Of a stretch of DNA of 11,506 bases, positions 6,392 through 11,506 are shown in pieces. The translations under genes were made by a program, and so were the position numbers. Every line of letters begins with the position of its first letter. Positions within the stretch are counted from its first letter, which is position 1. The DNA comes from Thermoproteota archaeon (lineage in GTDB: Archaea; Korarchaeota; Korarchaeia; Korarchaeales; Korarchaeaceae), in assembly GCA_037917625.1 (NCBI GenBank), contig JAVCBY010000105.1:1-11506 (forward strand), in the 5' to 3' direction. The notes under the pieces are model-generated. The model searched no databases. It saw only the letters and a program-made list of their open reading frames with translations, and was not told where the DNA came from.

Positions 6392-8500
6392 TTATATGAG
6401 CTTTATCTTCCCTCCGGGTGGGAATATTATGAAACCGTCCTCATTTAGCTTCCTTAGTATGTCCTCCACTACGTACTCCTTCCCCCTCAGATTGAGCCTC
6501 TCGGCAGCCATCCTGACTACCACGTCCCTATCCACTAGACCGTCCTCGCTCTCCTCAGCCAATTGCTTTATGAGCTGGAAGACCACTTCCCTCCTCTTCA
6601 CCTCAGGGAATGAGATGCCAGTCATCCATCCAGTTATATCGAAGTGGCCCGATATTATATCGTAAGCAGCCCCCTTCAGAGTTATCTCCATGAGGTTTAT
6701 GGCCATCTCAGCATCCTCAGCTGTAACCTCCCTCCTCAAGTGCATCCTAGCCCTGGCCTCACTCAACCTTATCAGAGCTTCTAACTGCCTAGGAGTTATG
6801 GATATGAGGTCTTGAACGATCCCCTCCTCCTCTTTGATCCCCCTCCCCCTCACCTCTACGTAGTAACTCTTTATTCTCTCAGCCGCTTCATCAGTTAATA
6901 TGGGATCTATGTTCTGCTTAGCGTAAGCTATATACTTCTTCAGGAGATTCGGATCTATTGGGGGCTTCGCTTCAGGGTTCCTCCCCATTCTAGTTATCAG
7001 TATGTGCTCAGCTACCATGCTATCAGACTCTACCCTAGGCCTATCCTTCATTATGAAGACTAGATCGAACCTCGATACTACAGTCGGGGGGAGGTTTATG
7101 TTCTCAGCTACCGTCACATAATCATCGTACTTCCCCTTCTTAGGGTTCGCAGCAGCTATTATCGTTGTCCTAGCATTTAAAGTAGCTACTATGCCAGCTT
7201 TAGCTATAGAAATAGTTTGTTGCTCCATGGCTTCATGTATAGACCTCCTATCATCCTCACTCATCTTATCGAATTCATCTATGCAAGCAACTCCCATATC
7301 AGCTAAAACTAAAGCTCCAGCTTCCAGAGTCCACCCGCCCGTAGCTGAATCCCTCACAACAGCTGCAGTCAGTCCAGCAGCAGTAGATCCCTTCCCAGTA
7401 GTGTAAAGTCCCCTTGGGGCTAGTTGAGCAGTATATTTCAGGAGCTGGCTCTTAGCGACACCCGGATCTCCTACTAGAAGCACATTTATCTCTCCCCTCA
7501 CTTTAGAGCCATCAGCTAATATCTTAGTGCTTCCCCCGAATAGAGCGTAAGCTATAGCTCTCTTCACATCAGTCCAACCGAAGATAGAGGGAGCTATGGA
7601 CTTAACTATGAGCTCCTCCAGATCTTCCCTCTCCGATAGCTTCAATATCTCCTCTTCATCCTCTGGAGTTATCTCAAGCTTCTCATAAACTCTATTCGGG
7701 ACTTCTACATTTATTATCTCCAAGTACCTCTTATATATGAGCCCCTCCCTTCCCTCATCCCTTCTGGAGGGCTTTATCCTTATTATCCCAGTCACCCTGA
7801 CCCTATCTCCCGGTTTAACGTCATCAACTATATCGTCAGTGAGTATGCCATCGACGTGCTCCGGCATCATGCCCGGCGGCAGGTCCTCAGGTCTCTCCTG
7901 AATCCTCACGCTACGCCACCTGATGAACTTACTCATCTCATGATCTAGCTTCATAGGGGAGCCGCACTCTGGGCATCTCTCGATGACCCTGAGCTTCTCC
8001 CCAATTATGTCTATCTCCTCAATTCTCCCACAGTTAGTGCAGATGAAAGATGCTCTGACTAACTTATCATATACGTCAGACACTCTAGTTATTATCCCCT
8101 CTATCTCTATCAATCTACCTATGGAGAACTTCGTTATATCCCTGAATGAAGCTTTAGTTGGGACGTTGTAGAACCTTAAGTGGAAATCTCCCTCGCTATA
8201 TATCTTGGACTCCTCCGTCATGGGAATTAGCTCCATTACAAGCTCCTTTAGGGCTGAGGAGCCTGCTGAGATATGTAAGGATGGGTTTATCACGATATCC
8301 TCAGCTATCCCCCTGAAATCAGGGCCAAAATTATATAGATGGTACCAATTAACACGCAAAGATCTTTTTTGCTCCTCTATTAATTGTGCTAATGCTTTCT
8401 GATAGAGGGGCTCATTGTTCTCATCCCTGTAGTACTTTAAGAAGCTCTTGTACTTCTCCACTAGCTCCTCGAAACTCATCAAGGGGGCTCTCTCCACCAT
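6392..8500 (-). CDS. mcm: Replicative MCM helicase
   Basis: Zn finger CTNCG...CPECG, QERPEDLPPG, Walker A GDPGVAKS, Walker B IDEFDKM, HEAMEQQ, arginine finger SRFD and ITPRQLEALIRL. 702 aa. Confidence 0.97.
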   Translation of the reverse strand: MVERAPLMSFEELVEKYKSFLKYYRDENNEPLYQKALAQLIEEQKRSLRVNWYHLYNFGPDFRGIAEDIVINPSLHISAGSSALKELVMELIPMTEESKIYSEGDFHLRFYNVPTKASFRDITKFSIGRLIEIEGIITRVSDVYDKLVRASFICTNCGRIEEIDIIGEKLRVIERCPECGSPMKLDHEMSKFIRWRSVRIQERPEDLPPGMMPEHVDGILTDDIVDDVKPGDRVRVTGIIRIKPSRRDEGREGLIYKRYLEIINVEVPNRVYEKLEITPEDEEEILKLSEREDLEELIVKSIAPSIFGWTDVKRAIAYALFGGSTKILADGSKVRGEINVLLVGDPGVAKSQLLKYTAQLAPRGLYTTGKGSTAAGLTAAVVRDSATGGWTLEAGALVLADMGVACIDEFDKMSEDDRRSIHEAMEQQTISIAKAGIVATLNARTTIIAAANPKKGKYDDYVTVAENINLPPTVVSRFDLVFIMKDRPRVESDSMVAEHILITRMGRNPEAKPPIDPNLLKKYIAYAKQNIDPILTDEAAERIKSYYVEVRGRGIKEEEGIVQDLISITPRQLEALIRLSEARARMHLRREVTAEDAEMAINLMEITLKGAAYDIISGHFDITGWMTGISFPEVKRREVVFQLIKQLAEESEDGLVDRDVVVRMAAERLNLRGKEYVVEDILRKLNEDGFIIFPPGGKIKLI

Positions 8501-9000
8501 TATCGGTCAACCCTTACCCCTACGAAGGAGCGCATCCACTCCTCTATGATGGACTTCAAGGCATTATAAAGTATTATCTCCTCAACTAATAAGTTCTTAG
8601 GTGGCTTCTTGGATGTCAAGAGTATGGATGCCTTGAGATAGTCCATCAGCTTCCCCAATCTCCTGTTTACGAGCTCTATAGCATCCCTCCTCATCAGAGA
8701 GTCCTCAGGGCTCTCCCTTATCACTTCCCTTATGATGTGGAAGGTCCCCTGAGGGAGCTCGGTGAGGAGTATCGAGACCTTCTCCTTGTAAAGCTTCTCG
8801 CTTATAACCTCGGGGCTCTCCTTGAGTACCTCGCATAGCCCCTCCTCCTCGAGTATCTCAGCCAGCCACCTCGGTACCTCAGTTTCAACGTCCTTGAAGA
8901 TCCTAATACCGAGCCTCTCGAAATTCAAGTCCCTCTTAGCTACTATCCTAACGCTCTGAATCTCCTCAAGGCATTCCGCCATTCTACTCGAGATAAACAC
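8500..9000 (-). CDS. gins23: GINS complex subunit, Gins23 (BA-type); start either GTG 9000 or ATG 8982
   Basis: N-terminal B-domain-like EVPRWLAEILEEEG followed by a helical A-domain (RRLGKL, NLLVEE). Directly upstream of mcm with a TAATG stop/start overlap, the known gins23-mcm arrangement. Confidence 0.8.
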   Translation of the reverse strand: MFISSRMAECLEEIQSVRIVAKRDLNFERLGIRIFKDVETEVPRWLAEILEEEGLCEVLKESPEVISEKLYKEKVSILLTELPQGTFHIIREVIRESPEDSLMRRDAIELVNRRLGKLMDYLKASILLTSKKPPKNLLVEEIILYNALKSIIEEWMRSFVGVRVDR

Positions 9001-9020
9001 AAGCTATCCCCTCTACCAAC

Positions 9021-9032
9021 ATTAAATATTTT
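9021..9032. promoter_or_regulatory. Candidate shared TATA element for divergent gins23 and nadK
   Basis: attaaatatttt is the only AT tract in the 52-bp intergenic region and is centred between the two start codons. Confidence 0.5.
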
Positions 9033-9052
9033 GGCCCGGGGATCAACTCGGG

Positions 9053-9934
9053 ATGTATGAAAAAGGATTTAGGGTGAGTAAGGTAATATTACTCTATAAC
9101 AAGGACAAGGAGAGGTCCCATAAGATATCTGAGAGGCTCAGATCATCCCTAATCTCGAATAAAATAGAGGTAGTTGATGATCATAGGGAGGCAGAGGTAG
9201 CTATAGTCATAGGCGGGGATGGAACGATCCTCAGGGCCTTCCATCAAGTGGGGAGTCTCCCTATCTTAGGGGTGAAGGATGGGACCTTCGGGACATTATT
9301 GGAGTTCGATGCTACGCAAATAGATAGGATACCAGAGATCCTCAAGGAAGGAGAATTCTGGCTGGAGCATGCTCTAACATTAGAGGTGATAGATTCGAAA
9401 TTGAGCCTAGTAGCCCTGAATGAATTTCTTGTGAGGAGCGGTAAGCTTGGAAAATCTTCCAGGCTCGGCTTAGCGATAGATGATGTCCCCCTGGGCGAGT
9501 GCATATGTGATGGCCTCATAATAGCTACCCCAACTGGATCTTACGCTTACTCCCTAGCCGCTGGAGGCCCTATTCTGGATCCGCGTTGCGATAGCACTGT
9601 AATATCTTACGTAGCTCCCTGGCCACCTAGCCTTATGCCAGCTGTTAAATCCATAATAGTTCCCTCTTCCTCAATCATAGAAGTTTGGTCAGCCTCCCCT
9701 TACCTCTACGTGGTAGCTGATGGCCTCTCCCCAGTCAGGTTGAGGCCCCCGCTCAGGATCTCCCGCTCAAGGAGGGAAGCGATATTCATAAGGAAGTCCC
9801 CGGATCCGACGGAATTCTACAAGAGGATGGCTAAGAGGATGATCCCAAGGACTCTGACTGGTATCCTGCAGTATGAGAGGCTCAGACCAGCTCCCACAAA
9901 ATCTTTAAATCTTGATAGACTGCATCAAGGATGA
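9053..9934 (+). CDS. nadK: NAD(+) kinase
   Basis: GGDGTILR, ALNE, DGLIIATPTGSYAYSLAAGGP and VADG motifs. Confidence 0.93.
   Translation: MYEKGFRVSKVILLYNKDKERSHKISERLRSSLISNKIEVVDDHREAEVAIVIGGDGTILRAFHQVGSLPILGVKDGTFGTLLEFDATQIDRIPEILKEGEFWLEHALTLEVIDSKLSLVALNEFLVRSGKLGKSSRLGLAIDDVPLGECICDGLIIATPTGSYAYSLAAGGPILDPRCDSTVISYVAPWPPSLMPAVKSIIVPSSSIIEVWSASPYLYVVADGLSPVRLRPPLRISRSRREAIFIRKSPDPTEFYKRMAKRMIPRTLTGILQYERLRPAPTKSLNLDRLHQG
9904..9910 (+). promoter_or_regulatory. Candidate TATA box for tRNA-Leu, inside the nadK 3' end
   Basis: TTTAAAT preceded by an A-rich BRE-like cacaaaa, about 30 nt upstream of the mature tRNA 5' end. Confidence 0.55.
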
Positions 9935-9935
9935 G

Positions 9936-10022
9936 GCGGGGGTGGCCGAGCCAGGTCCAAGGCGACGGACTCAAGATCCGTTGGGCGTCAGGCCCTCGTG
10001 GGTTCGAATCCCACCCCCCGCA
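9936..10022 (+). tRNA. tRNA-Leu(CAA), intronless, CCA not encoded
   Basis: Acceptor stem GCGGGGG/CCCCCGC with discriminator A. Anticodon arm ACGGA-CT-CAA-GA-TCCGT (CAA at 9972-9974). Long variable arm GGGC-GTCAG-GCCC. T arm GTGGG-TTCGAAT-CCCAC. Confidence 0.97.
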
Positions 10023-10074
10023 CTAATTTACCGATAAGTTATAAAATACTTCTGCATAATTTATTTCGAGTGGT

Positions 10075-10341
10075 ATGCTTAAGCCCAATAGGGGTAAGAC
10101 TGAGACCATTAATGATGCTATTTATATTTACTCGCCTTCTTTAGGGATGATTGAGAATTGGAAGCGTAGGGCTGAGAAAACTTGTGCTTCCATCTCGAAG
10201 TTCGTGGTCGAGTGGGTTGAGGATTCTATTAGGCGTGAGGAGGGCGAGGAGGGCCATCTTAAAGCTCTAGAAAATCGTTATGTTGAGTCGAAGAGGTTAA
10301 GGCTTGCTGAGGTTCACTTTAATGGAAATGCGAAAGGGTGA
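10075..10341 (+). CDS. Small ribbon-helix-helix-like protein, possibly a degraded remnant
   Basis: AIYIYSPS-LGMIENWKRRAEK-TCASISKFVVEWVEDSI fits a strand-helix-helix pattern. A TATA-like ttataaaa lies at 10039-10046. Confidence 0.5.
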   Translation: MLKPNRGKTETINDAIYIYSPSLGMIENWKRRAEKTCASISKFVVEWVEDSIRREEGEEGHLKALENRYVESKRLRLAEVHFNGNAKG

Positions 10342-10345
10342 TGGT

Positions 10346-11506
10346 ATGGGTATTGAAGAAAATTTCATAAAACCAGGGTGCATTTTGGAAGGACCTTTCT
10401 GGCCTGAACGTATTAGAGTTATTTCTTCCAGACGAATTGGCAATAGTATCAGGATAGAAGGTGTAGGTTTAAAGTCCGAGCATTTCTACTCTAGGATTTT
10501 CACTGAGAGCGACCTTGTCAAAATAAAAAAAGTAGAGTTGAGAGAAAGGGATTTTTCTGGTGATGCGGAGGCATTCCTTCTTTTTATTGAAGGGAAAAGG
10601 ATCCGTTTGGCTCATCAATTTGACCCGCTATACGCTGTTAATGTTTCACAAGTAGATCCGTTACCTCATCAAATCGAGGCCGTATATCATTATATCTTAA
10701 AACATCCGAGAGTTAGATTCCTCCTCGCCGATGACCCTGGAGCTGGAAAAACAATTATGGCTGGGTTAGTGCTTAAGGAGCTTAAGCAAAGGGGGCTTGT
10801 TAATCGCGTTCTCATCGTCATACCATGGCACTTAAGAGATCAGTGGCTCAGGGAAATGAAAGAAAAGTTTGGTGAAACATTCAAAGTTATCGATAGGTCT
10901 GTAATGGATGCATCATGGGGACGAAATGTATGGTTAGAAGAAAGCCAAGTGATCACCTCCATGGACTTTGCTAAGCAAGAAGATGTTATGCAGAGCTTAG
11001 CCGAAGCGAGGTGGGACTTAGTGATAGTGGATGAAGCACACAAAATGGCTGCTTATGAATATGGTGGGAAGAGAAAGGAAACGCAAAGATATAAACTTGG
11101 AGAACTCTTGTCAAGAAATTGTAGTTTTATGCTCCTCCTTACAGCAACTCCGCATAGAGGAGATCCCACTAATTTTAGGCTACTTCTGGATTTACTTGAA
11201 CCTGGATTCCTTGCAACGGATGAAATGCTTATAGAATCGGTGAGAAATAAAGATAACCCTCTCTTCCTCAGGCGACTAAAAGAAGATTTAAAGAATTTCG
11301 ATGGAACGCCTTTATTCCCTCCGAGAAAAGTAATAACTATTAAGTATCGTTTAAGTGATGATGAAAAGCGTCTTTATAATGCTGTAACGGAGTACGTGGA
11401 AAAATACTACAATAAGGCCATGGAGCAGCCAGAGAAAAAGAGAAACGCTGCTTTTGCCTTACTAATCCTTCAAAGGCGTTTGGCATCGAGCGTTAAGCGT
11501 GTTTGC
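10346..11506 (+). CDS. SNF2/SWI2-family helicase, 3'-truncated by the window (absent from the ORF track)
   Basis: Open frame of 387 codons from ATG 10346, with GGTGA just upstream: MGIEENFIKPGCILEGPFWPE...FDPLYAVNVSQVDPLPHQIEAVY...RFLLADDPGAGKTIMAG...VIVDEAHKM...LLLTATPHRGD...LQRRLASS. Confidence 0.92.
   Translation, partial: MGIEENFIKPGCILEGPFWPERIRVISSRRIGNSIRIEGVGLKSEHFYSRIFTESDLVKIKKVELRERDFSGDAEAFLLFIEGKRIRLAHQFDPLYAVNVSQVDPLPHQIEAVYHYILKHPRVRFLLADDPGAGKTIMAGLVLKELKQRGLVNRVLIVIPWHLRDQWLREMKEKFGETFKVIDRSVMDASWGRNVWLEESQVITSMDFAKQEDVMQSLAEARWDLVIVDEAHKMAAYEYGGKRKETQRYKLGELLSRNCSFMLLLTATPHRGDPTNFRLLLDLLEPGFLATDEMLIESVRNKDNPLFLRRLKEDLKNFDGTPLFPPRKVITIKYRLSDDEKRLYNAVTEYVEKYYNKAMEQPEKKRNAAFALLILQRRLASSVKRVC

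Larger units (their letters stand above)
10023..11506. mobile_element. Left end of a probable tRNA-anchored genomic island
   Basis: Immediately after the tRNA the sequence shifts to roughly 40% GC (estimated from a sampled line), uses AAA/GAA/CGT/TTT codons and loses the AGCT excess of the core. Gene content is accessory-type. No integrase is visible in the window. Confidence 0.65.

Noticed and set aside
6392-8500. Intein in MCM
   Set aside because: Length is normal and the Walker A and B regions are uninterrupted.
5391-8589. Short plus-strand ORFs within hel308, mcm and gins23
   Set aside because: All are antisense to well-supported genes and lack motifs.
9244-9519. 91-aa minus-strand ORF
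   Set aside because: Antisense to nadK.
10840-11234. ORFs 10840-11043 (-) and 11031-11234 (+)
   Set aside because: Antisense or alternative frames inside the SNF2 helicase, which the ORF track missed because it has no stop in the window.
11490-11506. Slightly atypical residues (VKRVC) after RRLASS at the window end
   Set aside because: Too short to distinguish divergence from an edge artefact.

Overview
Archaeal chromosomal window. Gene content and codon style (AGG/ATA/GAG codons, very frequent AGCT) resemble Ca. Korarchaeum; the taxon is an inference. The core is a tightly packed minus-strand run: gins23, mcm, hel308, purB and a beta-CASP ribonuclease. It diverges from an NAD kinase gene, which is followed by tRNA-Leu(CAA). 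After the tRNA a lower-GC island begins, with a small RHH-like ORF and a SNF2 helicase that runs off the window. The most unusual part is 176-2227, which holds two exact inverted duplications of beta-CASP coding sequence: 73 bp (176-248 / 652-724) and 52 bp (249-300 / 2176-2227). The beta-CASP gene is split into two halves on opposite strands. Its N-half is fused in frame to the C-half of a TrmI tRNA methyltransferase, and an oapA/oapC-like pair sits inside the inverted block. Flipping 301-2175 restores an intact 440-aa beta-CASP gene. The sequence alone cannot distinguish a real template-switch rearrangement or invertible segment from an amplification or assembly chimera. The beta-CASP gene also appears to start at ACG behind a strong Shine-Dalgarno site.
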